Below, one piece after another: positions 35,973 through 44,978 of a DNA stretch of 64,000 bases (positions within the stretch are counted from its first letter, which is position 1; each line of letters begins with the position of its first letter). The notes below the pieces were generated by a model. That model was not told the DNA's origin, made no database searches, and saw only the letters and a program-made list of their open reading frames with translations. The position numbers and the translations under genes are program-made. Source of the DNA: Acidimicrobiia bacterium (lineage in GTDB: Bacteria > Actinomycetota > Acidimicrobiia > Spongiisociales > ZC4RG35); assembly GCA_040878345.1 (NCBI GenBank), contig JBBDML010000015.1, positions 20,882 to 84,881 of the forward strand, given 5' to 3'.

Positions 35973-36827
35973 ATGGTCACCTCCACTCGGCCGGGGCGGG
36001 CGCTTGCCGGCAGGTTCGTCGCCGGCGACACCCTCGATGACGCCGTTGAGGCCGCCCATCGCCTCAACCGGGAGGGTCTCCTGGTCTCCCTCGACCTGCT
36101 CGGCGAGGAGGTGGGCGATCGAGACTCGGCGGTCCGCGCCACCGCAGAGTACCTAGCGTCGATCGACCGGATTTGGTCCGAGGGCCTCGATGCCAACATC
36201 TCGGTGAAGCCGACCCAACTCGGACTGGCCATCGACGTCGGGCTGGCAGCCGAGAACATCGAGAGGCTGGCTGGCGCCGCCGCCCGGCTGGGCACGACCG
36301 TGACCATCGACATGGAGGACTCCAGGTACACCGCCTCGACCGTCGACCTCTACGAGGAGGCCCAGGCACGCCATCGGAACCTGGGGATCGCCATCCAGGC
36401 CTATATGCGACGGACCCCCGAGGATCTCGCCCGTCTCATCCCCCTCGGGGGGCACATCCGGCTGTGCAAGGGCGCCTATGTCGAGCCGGAAGAGGTGGCT
36501 CTGACCTCGAAGGGGGAGGTCGATGAGGCCTTCGCCGATCAGCTGAGGACCCTGATGGCGTCCTCCGGGGCAAAGCCGGCGATCGCCACTCACGACCCGG
36601 ATCTGGTCGACCTGACCCGGGCCCTGGCCAGTGAGCGGACCACACCCTTCGAGTTCCAGATGCTCTATGGAGTCCGCCCCGAACTGCAGAGGTCGTTGAT
36701 CGCCGAGGGATTCCCATTGCGGGTGTACCTGCCCTTCGGCTCGGAGTGGTATCCGTACTTGACCCGCCGCCTGGCGGAGCGCCCGGCCAACGCCTGGTTC
36801 TTCGCCAGGTCGATGTTCACCCGTTGA
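35973..36827 (+). CDS. Proline dehydrogenase
   Basis: PRODH TIM-barrel blocks (RFVAGDTLDDAV, ISVKPTQLG, QAYMRRT, LCKGAY, QMLYGVRPEL). The in-frame upstream peptide LFSRLTAAVTQAAPIEK suggests a non-ATG start near 35922. Confidence 0.7.
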   Translation: MVTSTRPGRALAGRFVAGDTLDDAVEAAHRLNREGLLVSLDLLGEEVGDRDSAVRATAEYLASIDRIWSEGLDANISVKPTQLGLAIDVGLAAENIERLAGAAARLGTTVTIDMEDSRYTASTVDLYEEAQARHRNLGIAIQAYMRRTPEDLARLIPLGGHIRLCKGAYVEPEEVALTSKGEVDEAFADQLRTLMASSGAKPAIATHDPDLVDLTRALASERTTPFEFQMLYGVRPELQRSLIAEGFPLRVYLPFGSEWYPYLTRRLAERPANAWFFARSMFTR

Positions 36828-36872
36828 CCGTGAGCAGATGAGGTAGCCAGGCCACGTCATTCACTCACGCTT
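36828..36872. repeat. REP-like hairpin, degenerate copy D
   Basis: CGTGAGCAGATGA...TCATTCACTCACGC. Immediately after the proline dehydrogenase stop. Confidence 0.45.
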
Positions 36873-36898
36873 GACCGGTTGAGTCGTAACTTGAGCCA

Positions 36899-37255
36899 AT
36901 GGCCATCACCCCTGAGCTGACGGAGAAGCTGGCATCGATGCGGACCATCGACCTGACCACTTATGGGAGGAAGACCGGACGGCCACGTCGGATCGAGATC
37001 TGGTGGTTCCACGTCGACGGTCGGTTCATCATCTCCGGCACACCAGGACGACGAGACTGGCTGGCGAACATAAGGGCCAATCCGAATGTGATCGTGCATG
37101 CCGGCGGGCACGATCTCGATGGGGTTGCGGCCGAGATCGTCGACCCAAGCTTCCGGCGGCACGTCTTCAAGTCGCCCCACACCCGTTGGTACTCCACCCA
37201 GGCCCAGTTGGAGCGGCTGGTCGAGACCGCCCCGATGATCGAGATCGCCCTCTGA
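36899..37255 (+). CDS. Deazaflavin(F420)-dependent nitroreductase / PNPOx-like split-barrel family protein
   Basis: 118 aa; TYGRKTGRPRRIEIWWFHVDGRFIISGT is typical of the DUF385/Ddn-like family. Confidence 0.45.
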   Translation: MAITPELTEKLASMRTIDLTTYGRKTGRPRRIEIWWFHVDGRFIISGTPGRRDWLANIRANPNVIVHAGGHDLDGVAAEIVDPSFRRHVFKSPHTRWYSTQAQLERLVETAPMIEIAL

Positions 37256-37273
37256 CGGTACGGCCAGGCCTTC

Positions 37274-37321
37274 GAGCGTGAGCAGTTGGCGTAGTTGTGC
37301 GACGTCAATTACTCACGCTTC
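37274..37321. repeat. REP-like hairpin, degenerate copy E
   Basis: GAGCGTGAGCAGTTG...CAATTACTCACGCT. Immediately after the stop of the F420-type reductase gene. Confidence 0.45.
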
Positions 37322-37378
37322 GTCGATCAAATACAGGAAACGGACCGGACGACCTGGCCCTCCTACACTCGCCGGGCC

Positions 37379-39565
37379 ATGGCGTTGACCGAGGAGCGGC
37401 AAGAGACGCCGCCACAGACTGTCAGGCCAAACGCCTCCCGGGTCCTGGAGGGGTTGGGCGCCCTGCTGGCGGCGGGGACCATCCTCCTCGGCATCGCCGG
37501 GACCCTCCCTGAGCATGTGGTGTTCGACGTCGGGCGTGAGGTGTTCGGGAACATCCCCACCGCCATGGTCGTGGTGTTCTACGTCACCGTGGCCGTCTTC
37601 ATCTGGTTGATGTTCCATCTCCTGGCACGGCGGGCATCGATCTGGCAACTGGGCCGCCCCGACCGGAGGGTTGGCCAATGGGCAGAGCGGACCCGTCGCC
37701 TGATGGATGGCTTGCGGATGAAGACCTTGATGCGTGATCCGAAGTACGGAGTCATGCACTCGATGATCTACTACGGGTTCCTGGTCCTCTTCCTGGGCAC
37801 GGTGACCCTCGAGATCGACCACCTCATGCCGGCCGGTCTCAAGTTCCTGCAGGGCCCGGTGTATCTCGGCTACTCGGCGATCCTCGACCTGGCCTCGCTG
37901 GTCTACCTCGGAGGGTTGGCGCTGGCCGGGTTCGGCCGGTACGTCATCCCGACTTGGCGAATCCGATCGAAGACCAAGCCGGAGGACGCCCTGATCCTGG
38001 CCACCTTGGCGGCGATCGGGGTCACCGGCCTCCTCACCGAGGCGGCCCGGATCTCCCTTGCGGGCAGGCCCGACCACGAGGTCTGGTCCTTTGTCGGTTA
38101 CCCCCTCTCCCTGCTGTTCGATGCGGGCACGGCAGCCACATGGCACCGGGGGTTGTGGGTGGTGCATGTCGGAGCCTTCTTGGTCTTCCTGGTGGCCCTG
38201 CCGGTCACCAAGCTGCGTCACATGCTGACCTCGCCGGCCAATCTCTACCTGTCGCCGAGGGACAGGCCCAAGGGCGCCATGCGCGAGATGCCCAACCTCC
38301 TCGAAGCCGAGGACATCGAGACCATCGGGGCCATGATCGCCACCGATCTCACCTGGAAGCAGATCTTCGACACCGACGCCTGCACCATCTGCGGGCGATG
38401 CACCTCGGTTTGCCCGGCCAACATCACCGGCAAGCCCCTCGACCCCAGGGAGATGGTGATCAAGTCCGGTGAGGTGGCGGCCTCGATCGTCGGGCTGGGC
38501 GGCCCGGTCTCATCCAACGCATTGCTGGAAGGCGCCGGCACCCTGTTCGAGAGGATCGGCTCGGACGAGGTGTTCGCCTGCACGACCTGCCGGGCGTGTG
38601 ACGAGATCTGCCCGGTGGGGATCGAGATCGTGGATCGGATCCTCGACATGCGTCGTTATCTCACCCTCATGGAATCCGACTTCCCCAGCGAGCTGGGCAA
38701 GGCTTTCATCGCCATGGAGAACCAGTCGAACCCATGGGGGATGAGCCCCCAGTCCAGGGCGGCGTGGACCGAGGAGCTCGACTTCGAGATCCCGACGTTG
38801 GGCGGCGACGGGAAGACCAGCGCCGAGTATCTCTGGTTCGTGGGCTGTGCCGGGTCATATGACGATCGAAACACCGCGGTCTCCGTTGCCCTCGCCCGGC
38901 TCCTCCACCGGGCAGGGATCGACTTCGCCATCCTCGGGATGAGAGAGGTGTGCACCGGCGACCCGGCCAGACGGTCCGGCAACGAGCTCGTCTTCCAGCA
39001 GCTGGCTTTGCAGAACATCGCCACCTTCGAGGAGATGGGGGTGAAGAAGGTGATCACCCAATGCGCCCACTGCTTCAACACCATCGCCAACGAGTACCCC
39101 CAGCTCGGCGGCAACTACGAAGTGGTGCACCACAGCCAGCTCCTCGCTGAGCTGCTCAACCAGGGGCGGATCGACCAGCCGATCCGGGACGATGGTCAGC
39201 CCAAGAAGATCGCCTATCACGACGCCTGCTATCTGGGGAGGCACAACGACGTCTACCTCGCACCGCGTCAGGTGGTGGGGGCCACCGGTGCCGACCTGAT
39301 CGAGATGCCGCGACACGGGACGAGGGCATTGTGCTGCGGGGCGGGTGGGGCTCGCTTCTGGATGGAGGAGAAGATCGGCAAGAAGGTGAACATCGAGCGT
39401 GCCGAGGAGGCCCTGGCCACCGAGGCCGACGAGATCGCGGTCGCCTGCCCCTTCTGCTTAGTGATGCTCGATGACGGGGTCAAGGAGTTGGGGCGGGACG
39501 ACGTGAGGGTCCGCGACATCGCCATGATCCTCGCCGATGGGCTCCCCCCCGGCGAGGGCGCTTGA
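37379..39565 (+). CDS. Membrane-bound Fe-S oxidoreductase: NarI-like multi-TM N-domain fused to HdrD-like domain (2x 4Fe-4S ferredoxin motifs + two CCG Cys-rich motifs)
   Basis: 5-6 TM helices. CTICGRCTSVCP and CTTCRACDEICP ferredoxin motifs. CCG domains (CAHCFNTIANEY; LCCGAGGARFWMEE). The start was chosen at ATG 37379. Confidence 0.65.
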   Translation: MALTEERQETPPQTVRPNASRVLEGLGALLAAGTILLGIAGTLPEHVVFDVGREVFGNIPTAMVVVFYVTVAVFIWLMFHLLARRASIWQLGRPDRRVGQWAERTRRLMDGLRMKTLMRDPKYGVMHSMIYYGFLVLFLGTVTLEIDHLMPAGLKFLQGPVYLGYSAILDLASLVYLGGLALAGFGRYVIPTWRIRSKTKPEDALILATLAAIGVTGLLTEAARISLAGRPDHEVWSFVGYPLSLLFDAGTAATWHRGLWVVHVGAFLVFLVALPVTKLRHMLTSPANLYLSPRDRPKGAMREMPNLLEAEDIETIGAMIATDLTWKQIFDTDACTICGRCTSVCPANITGKPLDPREMVIKSGEVAASIVGLGGPVSSNALLEGAGTLFERIGSDEVFACTTCRACDEICPVGIEIVDRILDMRRYLTLMESDFPSELGKAFIAMENQSNPWGMSPQSRAAWTEELDFEIPTLGGDGKTSAEYLWFVGCAGSYDDRNTAVSVALARLLHRAGIDFAILGMREVCTGDPARRSGNELVFQQLALQNIATFEEMGVKKVITQCAHCFNTIANEYPQLGGNYEVVHHSQLLAELLNQGRIDQPIRDDGQPKKIAYHDACYLGRHNDVYLAPRQVVGATGADLIEMPRHGTRALCCGAGGARFWMEEKIGKKVNIERAEEALATEADEIAVACPFCLVMLDDGVKELGRDDVRVRDIAMILADGLPPGEGA

Positions 39566-40104
39566 AGCGACGGCTCGGGCTCGTCGCACTGGCCGCCTTG
39601 CTCGTCACGAGCTGTGTGGCCCTCCCTGAAGGGCCTTCTCCCACCGACCCTCCGGCGGTGGAGTCGACCACCAGCGCGCCACTCAACACCGTGACCACCA
39701 TCAGCCCGGAGGAGGGTGCCGGTCGTTTCCGGGACTGCCTCGGGGACGAGGGCATCGACATCGAGCCCATCCCCTTCGACGCCCAGGGCCGGCCGCGGCT
39801 CGACCTGGTATTGCGGGATGTCGATTTCACCCTTCCCGGCAACGCCGCCGTCCTCGACAGCTGTTCGCTTCATCTCATCACCGGCGCCCTCGACCTCACA
39901 GGCTCCCCGTTGATCGACAAGGTCCTCTCCCAGCTCGCCGAATTTGGCCAGTGCATGAGGGACCGGGGGGTGCCGGGTTTCCCCCAGACCGTCAGGGGCT
40001 TCAACGGGGTGGGGTCCCCCTTCCCGGTCGATGAGATCCCCTACGATGATCCGGACCTGGCCACGGCGGCCGAGGTCTGCCGCCAGAGGTTGGCCGGAGG
40101 CTGA
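39562..40104 (+). CDS. Hypothetical lipoprotein
   Basis: MKRRLGLVALAALLVTSC is a signal peptide with a lipobox; 4 further Cys. Confidence 0.45.
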   Translation: MKRRLGLVALAALLVTSCVALPEGPSPTDPPAVESTTSAPLNTVTTISPEEGAGRFRDCLGDEGIDIEPIPFDAQGRPRLDLVLRDVDFTLPGNAAVLDSCSLHLITGALDLTGSPLIDKVLSQLAEFGQCMRDRGVPGFPQTVRGFNGVGSPFPVDEIPYDDPDLATAAEVCRQRLAGG

Positions 40105-40164
40105 TGGCCTGCTACCTGGCAAACCGCCTCCTCTGAGCCGACCCGCCACACGTACCATGACGCC

Positions 40165-40449
40165 ATGGCCACCATGCCCGCCCCCGTCATCGTCCCGGGG
40201 ACCGACGAGGAGATCGAGATCGATCGTCCCTGGCAGGTGGTGGTGTGGAACGACCCGGTCAACACCATGTCATATGTGGTCTATGTGCTCCGCAAGCTGT
40301 TCGGCTACGACGAGACCAAGGCGACCCGGCTCATGCTCCAGGTCCATTACGAGGGTCGGGCAATAGTCTCCGACGGTCCCAGGGAGCAGGCCGAGATCGA
40401 CTGTTTCCGTCTCCATGGCCACGGGCTATGGGCGACCATCGAGCGATGA
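40165..40449 (+). CDS. clpS: ATP-dependent Clp protease adaptor ClpS
   Basis: [46 protein letters not shown] matches the ClpS core. Confidence 0.8.
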   Translation: MATMPAPVIVPGTDEEIEIDRPWQVVVWNDPVNTMSYVVYVLRKLFGYDETKATRLMLQVHYEGRAIVSDGPREQAEIDCFRLHGHGLWATIER

Positions 40450-40901
40450 GTCACTTCAAGACCACGCGGAAGGGGATCGTGGCCAGCTTCAGCCCCGATG
40501 AGCAGACGTTCCTCGGCGACGTGCTTCCCCTGCTCGCCGGGATCGGCGCCGTAGGAGTCGACCCCGCAGCGACCAGGCTCAATGTCCCGGTGTACCTCGA
40601 CGACCCGGATTCGAATGAGGAGTGGTGGCGGCTGATGGGCCCGGAGCTGGGCGAGGGCCGCAAGGCCGACCGTCATCTCTTCTCCAAGGTGGTGGCGTCG
40701 AAGGCGCCTGTGACCCTGAGCGACGACGAGGCCGACTCCATTCTCAGGGTGCTCAACGAGGCCCGACTGGCCTTGGGGGCCCGCATCGGGATCGAGGTCG
40801 AGGAGGACCATGACCGGGTGTCCGTTGAGGGTCGCCAGGCCCTCGACTTCCTCGGGTGGATCCAAGAGGAGCTGACGGTGGAGCTGACCCGGGTGCTGTG
40901 A
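40446..40901 (+). CDS. DUF2017-type protein (conserved ClpS neighbour in actinobacteria)
   Basis: The start [10 protein letters not shown] overlaps the clpS stop (ATGA). Acidic helical protein. Confidence 0.5.
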   Translation: MSHFKTTRKGIVASFSPDEQTFLGDVLPLLAGIGAVGVDPAATRLNVPVYLDDPDSNEEWWRLMGPELGEGRKADRHLFSKVVASKAPVTLSDDEADSILRVLNEARLALGARIGIEVEEDHDRVSVEGRQALDFLGWIQEELTVELTRVL

Positions 40902-40944
40902 CATCCGCCCACTCCGAGGTGTAGCGTCGGGTGGCCCACCAGGA

Positions 40945-42078
40945 TTGGCCGGAGTCACGGAGCGTGAGGTGATCGCCGACCCGATAGCGGATCTGAGAAG
41001 CACCACCGGTTCACTGATCTCGGTTTATGCCCAGCGCCCCGGCCCTGGCGGGTTCAGCGCACTCCTCGCCGACCTGCTCCGGCCCATCCGGGACAGGGCC
41101 GATCACATGGACCGGAACGTCGCCAAGGCGGTCAGGTTCGATGCCGACCGCATCCATCGGCTCGGTGACCGTTTCGAGATGGGCTCGGCCCCCGGGTACG
41201 CGGTCTTCGCCTCGGAGAGCGACGGCATATTCGTGATCGAGCAGCTCGCCCATGAGGTAGCCAGCGTGGCGATGATCGGGCCCAGGCCCTACATGCGCCC
41301 GTTGCGCGCTGCCCCGAGGGGTCTGAGGTCCGGGGTTCTAGTCGCCGACCACAGCCTGGCCCGGGCTTTCATCGCTTCCGGTGGTGTCATCGCCGAGATC
41401 GGCGAGCCGCTCCGGGCCGATGTCGGCAAGCCCAACTATGGGGGTTTCGCCGGCTACGACGAGCACGTGGTGCGCTCACGGGCCGGCGAGGCCTCTGCCC
41501 GGATCTGGAAGATGGCCGGCCGGTTCCTCCTCGACGCCCACCAGGCCCGGCACCTCGACTACGTCGCCCTTGGTGGCCAGGGCGAGACCATCGACGAGCT
41601 GGCCCGCTCCCTCCATCCCTACCTGGCCAGGCTCCCCAGGGTCGACTTCCCGGCCAACCCGGGAGGGGTCAGTCTTCAGGCGATCCGGGCCGAGCTGACC
41701 GCATACGACGAGGAGATCCGTCGCAGCCGTCAGGGCGACCTGGCCGGAAGGTTGTGTGACGTGGCGAGGAGCGGGGGCAACGCGGTTCTCGGTCTGGGTG
41801 CCACTCTGGACGCGGCCAACACCCAGGCCATAGACACCCTGGTGGTGGCGGGCGACTTCGCAAGGAGTGGCTCGATGTGCCAGGTCTGCTCACGTCTCAC
41901 CCGTGCCGGCGGCCCATGCCAGGTGTGCGGGTCGCCGATGTTCGAGATCGACGACGTGGTGGCGGCGACGATGGAGGTGACCATCAACTCGGGCGGCAAC
42001 GTCCACCAGATCGAGGTCGCCTCCCCCCTCGACATCGATGGGATCGGGGCCCTGACCCGCTTCCCGGTGGCTCTCTAG
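40945..42078 (+). CDS. eRF1-domain (bacterial archaeo-eukaryotic release factor-like, Rv2629-type) protein with C-terminal zinc ribbon
   Basis: Overall layout resembles the Rv2629/baeRF family. C-terminal CQVCS...CQVCGS zinc-ribbon. From memory only, not checked. Confidence 0.4.
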   Translation: MAGVTEREVIADPIADLRSTTGSLISVYAQRPGPGGFSALLADLLRPIRDRADHMDRNVAKAVRFDADRIHRLGDRFEMGSAPGYAVFASESDGIFVIEQLAHEVASVAMIGPRPYMRPLRAAPRGLRSGVLVADHSLARAFIASGGVIAEIGEPLRADVGKPNYGGFAGYDEHVVRSRAGEASARIWKMAGRFLLDAHQARHLDYVALGGQGETIDELARSLHPYLARLPRVDFPANPGGVSLQAIRAELTAYDEEIRRSRQGDLAGRLCDVARSGGNAVLGLGATLDAANTQAIDTLVVAGDFARSGSMCQVCSRLTRAGGPCQVCGSPMFEIDDVVAATMEVTINSGGNVHQIEVASPLDIDGIGALTRFPVAL

Positions 42079-42097
42079 CGCCCACTAGATTCGTCAG

Positions 42098-42694
42098 GTG
42101 ACCACCGCCGCAGTGATCCTCGCCGCTGGAAGCTCCACGAGACTCGGTAGACCCAAACAGCTCGAGCCCTGGGGTGACACCAACCTGTTGGGCCACGTGG
42201 TGGCTCGAACTCGTGAGTTCCCAGTCGACGAGATCTGGGTGGTGCTGGGCCACGACTCGGAGAGGATCCTCGAGGAGACCGATCTCGGCGATGCCGGTGT
42301 CATCGAGAACCCGGAGTGGGAGGAAGGCATCGCCTCGTCGCTCCGCGTCGGCCTCGACGCCCTCACTCGGCTGTCCCGGTGCGAGAGGGCGCTGATCGTC
42401 ATCGGCGACCAACCGGAGGCTTCTCCCGAGGTGGTGGCCGAGCTCATCGAGTCCCATCTCCGCTCGGGGAGACCGGTCAGCATCCCGAAGTACCGCTACA
42501 GCCTGGGCAACCCGGTGGTGGTCGACCGCTCACACTGGTCGCGTCTGATGTCGCTGGAGGGTGACGAGGGAGCCATGCGCCTGTGGCTGACCCATCCCGA
42601 CTGGGTCAACGAGGTCTGGGTGTCCGATGCCCCACCCCGTGACGTCGACACCGAGCGTGACGTCGACGAGCTCAGACCACGTCATTCGGCCTGA
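42098..42694 (+). CDS. MobA/MocA-like nucleotidyltransferase (molybdenum cofactor cytidylyl/guanylyltransferase family)
   Basis: AAVILAAGSSTRLGRPKQL N-terminal NTP-transferase signature. Confidence 0.6.
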   Translation: MTTAAVILAAGSSTRLGRPKQLEPWGDTNLLGHVVARTREFPVDEIWVVLGHDSERILEETDLGDAGVIENPEWEEGIASSLRVGLDALTRLSRCERALIVIGDQPEASPEVVAELIESHLRSGRPVSIPKYRYSLGNPVVVDRSHWSRLMSLEGDEGAMRLWLTHPDWVNEVWVSDAPPRDVDTERDVDELRPRHSA

Positions 42695-42705
42695 TCCCTG
42701 CCCGG

Positions 42706-43155
42706 ATGCATTTGTCTAGAGTCACAGGCCCGGAGTCAGCGGAGAAAGGTCAGATGTCTCGCATCGATCAGGTCGCCGGAATCGATCAGAGGAAGGCGAC
42801 CAAGTTGCGCAAGGCCGGAGTCCGGACCAGCAAGGCATTGATCGAATCGGCCTCGACACGGCGAGGGCGCACCGAGCTGGCCAGGTCGAGCGGGGTCACT
42901 CCCAAAGACCTTCAGGTCTGGGTGCACCACGCCGACCTGCTCAGGGTGAGAGGGGTTGGCGCCGAATACGCCGAGCTCCTAGTGGCGGCGGGCGTCGACA
43001 CCCTGCGAGACCTGCGCCGGCGAAATCCCACGGCCCTGGTGGCCAAGATCATCGGGCTCAACGGGTCGAGCCGGGTGGTCAGCCGACTCCCCACCGAGTC
43101 GATGGTGGAGGCTTGGATCACGGCCGCCGGCGAGTTGGAGCCGTCGATCAACTAG
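42706..43155 (+). CDS. DUF4332-like HhH-containing protein
   Basis: Helix-hairpin-helix-like LLRVRGVGAEYAELLVAAGVDTLRDL. The start may be the internal Met at 42754. Confidence 0.4.
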   Translation: MHLSRVTGPESAEKGQMSRIDQVAGIDQRKATKLRKAGVRTSKALIESASTRRGRTELARSSGVTPKDLQVWVHHADLLRVRGVGAEYAELLVAAGVDTLRDLRRRNPTALVAKIIGLNGSSRVVSRLPTESMVEAWITAAGELEPSIN

Positions 43156-43180
43156 AGGTCGCCTCGATTGGCCCGGCTCC

Positions 43181-43205
43181 GTACCAGGTACTTGGTACCT
43201 GGTAC
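43181..43205. terminator. Perfect palindrome GTACCAGGTAC-TTG-GTACCTGGTAC between convergent genes
   Basis: 11-bp arms seen directly. Located between stops at 43155 (+) and 43242 (-). Confidence 0.35.
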
Positions 43206-43241
43206 TGGGTGCCTGCCACGTTGTGTGAGGAGAAGGTGAGC

Positions 43242-43766
43242 TCAGGAAGCCTTGGCGGCGTTGGCCGTCGGGGTCTTCGCCGTGCTCGCCTTCGCAGCCG
43301 TGGCCGACTTGGTCGTCTTGGCGGCAGAAGCCTTGGCAGCCGGCTTCTTGGCGACCGGTTTCTTGGCAGCCGTGGTGGCCTTGGCGGCCGGCTTCTTGGC
43401 GGCGGGGGTGGAGGCCGGTGTCACCGGGGCCTTCTCGGAGGCCTTCTCGGGCCGGAATGAGGTCCTCCAGGTGGCGAGCATGTCCTCGAGCTGATCCCGC
43501 AGCTTGGTCACCTGCACCTTGGCCTGGTCGAGGTCGACCTTCGAGGAGATCTCCTCGACGACCTTGCCCTCACTGATCTTGTTGACCACCTTCTCGCCTT
43601 CGGCGGCCCAGGCCTTGATGGCCTTCTCGGCCGCTTTGCCGTAGTTGGCGGTCTCCTTGTCGAGCTTGCCCTTGAGGGTGCTCATCTGGTCACCCACCTT
43701 GCGGACGGCCACCACGGGGGCACCGACAGCGGCGTACATGACGCTCTTTGCTTGCATTTCAATCAC
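43242..43766 (-). CDS. HbhA-like (heparin-binding hemagglutinin family) protein with Lys/Ala/Pro-rich C-terminal tail
   Basis: Helical coiled-coil N-region and a C-terminal repeat tail AAKKPAAKATTAAKKPVAKKPAAKASAAKTTK, as in mycobacterial HbhA and histone-like tails. Confidence 0.5.
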   Translation of the reverse strand: MIEMQAKSVMYAAVGAPVVAVRKVGDQMSTLKGKLDKETANYGKAAEKAIKAWAAEGEKVVNKISEGKVVEEISSKVDLDQAKVQVTKLRDQLEDMLATWRTSFRPEKASEKAPVTPASTPAAKKPAAKATTAAKKPVAKKPAAKASAAKTTKSATAAKASTAKTPTANAAKAS

Positions 43767-44128
43767 TCCTGTTGTTGGTCCGCCATCGACCCGTTTGACC
43801 GGACCAATGCGCGGTACATGTCGAGAAGCACTTTCTTCTGGTCGGCCCCGAGCCGGTCATCGGCCCCGATCGCCTCGAACACCGTCGCCGGGGGCAACTC
43901 CTCGTCTATCAGGCCGGCCTTGCTGTAGAGCGAGTTGGCCGATATCTCGAGGGCCCGAGACAGGCTCTTCAGGATCTCGGCGGACGGCCTCCGTATCCCC
44001 CGCTCGATCTGGCTGAGGTACGGATTGGAGATCTCCGCCTTCTCGGCCAGCCGGCGAAGCGACAAGTTGGCCCGTTCCCGCTGTTGGCGGATGAACTCGC
44101 CCAGGTCGCTGTGCTTGCTCTCGTTCAC
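43763..44128 (-). CDS. XRE-family helix-turn-helix transcriptional regulator
   Basis: LSLRRLAEKAEISNPYLSQIERG is a canonical XRE HTH. The stop overlaps the start of the HbhA-like gene by 4 nt. Confidence 0.65.
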   Translation of the reverse strand: MNESKHSDLGEFIRQQRERANLSLRRLAEKAEISNPYLSQIERGIRRPSAEILKSLSRALEISANSLYSKAGLIDEELPPATVFEAIGADDRLGADQKKVLLDMYRALVRSNGSMADQQQE

Positions 44129-44175
44129 TTGATGGAAGCATAGAGCAAGCTGCTAACTATTGCAAGCAGACGGGG

Positions 44176-44898
44176 TCAGGCCAGGCTGGTCCCGATCACC
44201 CCGCCCACCCACCAGGCGGCCAGACCACCCAGCCCGGCGATGACCAGGTTCTCCAACCCAGACTTGATCCGATTGCTCCGGGTCACGGTCGCCTTTACCC
44301 AACCCACCACGAACAGCCCGATCAGGGTGAGGACGGTGGCGGTGATCGCCGCGGTCCCGAGGTCGTCGATGAAGGCGAAGGGGGCCACCGAGGGAATCGA
44401 CCCGAGGAGGAAGAGAAGACCGGAGGCGCTCATTGCTCGATATGGGGACCTCCGCTCCGAGTCGACGAAGCCGAACTCGAGGGCGGCCATGGCGTTGAGG
44501 ATGGCCTGGTCATTGTGGTTGAAGGCGGCCATCACGCCTTCGAGGTCGGTCTCCCTGACCCCCATGTCGGTGAAGAAGCCTTCGAGCTGCTCGAGCTCCT
44601 GGGCGCGGAACCGGTCGATGTGGGTGATCTCCAGCGCCAGCTCGGCCGCCAGGACCTCATCCTGTGACTTGGTGGCCAGGTACTCCCCGGCGGCCATCGA
44701 CACCGCACCGGCCAAAGCGCCAGCGATCCCGGTCAGCAGCACCTGACCCGGGTCGAGACCCCCACCGACCACCCCCACGACCAGCAGGAACATCGATACC
44801 AGGCCGTCGTTGACCCCGAGGATGATGTCCCTCCAGTACTGGCGGGACTCGCCGATATGAGGCTCGTAGCCTTCGAGTTCGATTGGGCTGGTGGCCAC
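44176..44898 (-). CDS. VIT1/CCC1-family iron/manganese transporter
   Basis: WRDIILGVNDGLVS N-terminal signature; 5 TM. Confidence 0.65.
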   Translation of the reverse strand: MATSPIELEGYEPHIGESRQYWRDIILGVNDGLVSMFLLVVGVVGGGLDPGQVLLTGIAGALAGAVSMAAGEYLATKSQDEVLAAELALEITHIDRFRAQELEQLEGFFTDMGVRETDLEGVMAAFNHNDQAILNAMAALEFGFVDSERRSPYRAMSASGLLFLLGSIPSVAPFAFIDDLGTAAITATVLTLIGLFVVGWVKATVTRSNRIKSGLENLVIAGLGGLAAWWVGGVIGTSLA

Positions 44899-44978
44899 CC
44901 GGCAATGGTAACGGCCTGCCGATACTGGCCCGACGGCTACCGTTGACCCTCTCCAGGAGCTCTCCCTTGATCATCGTC

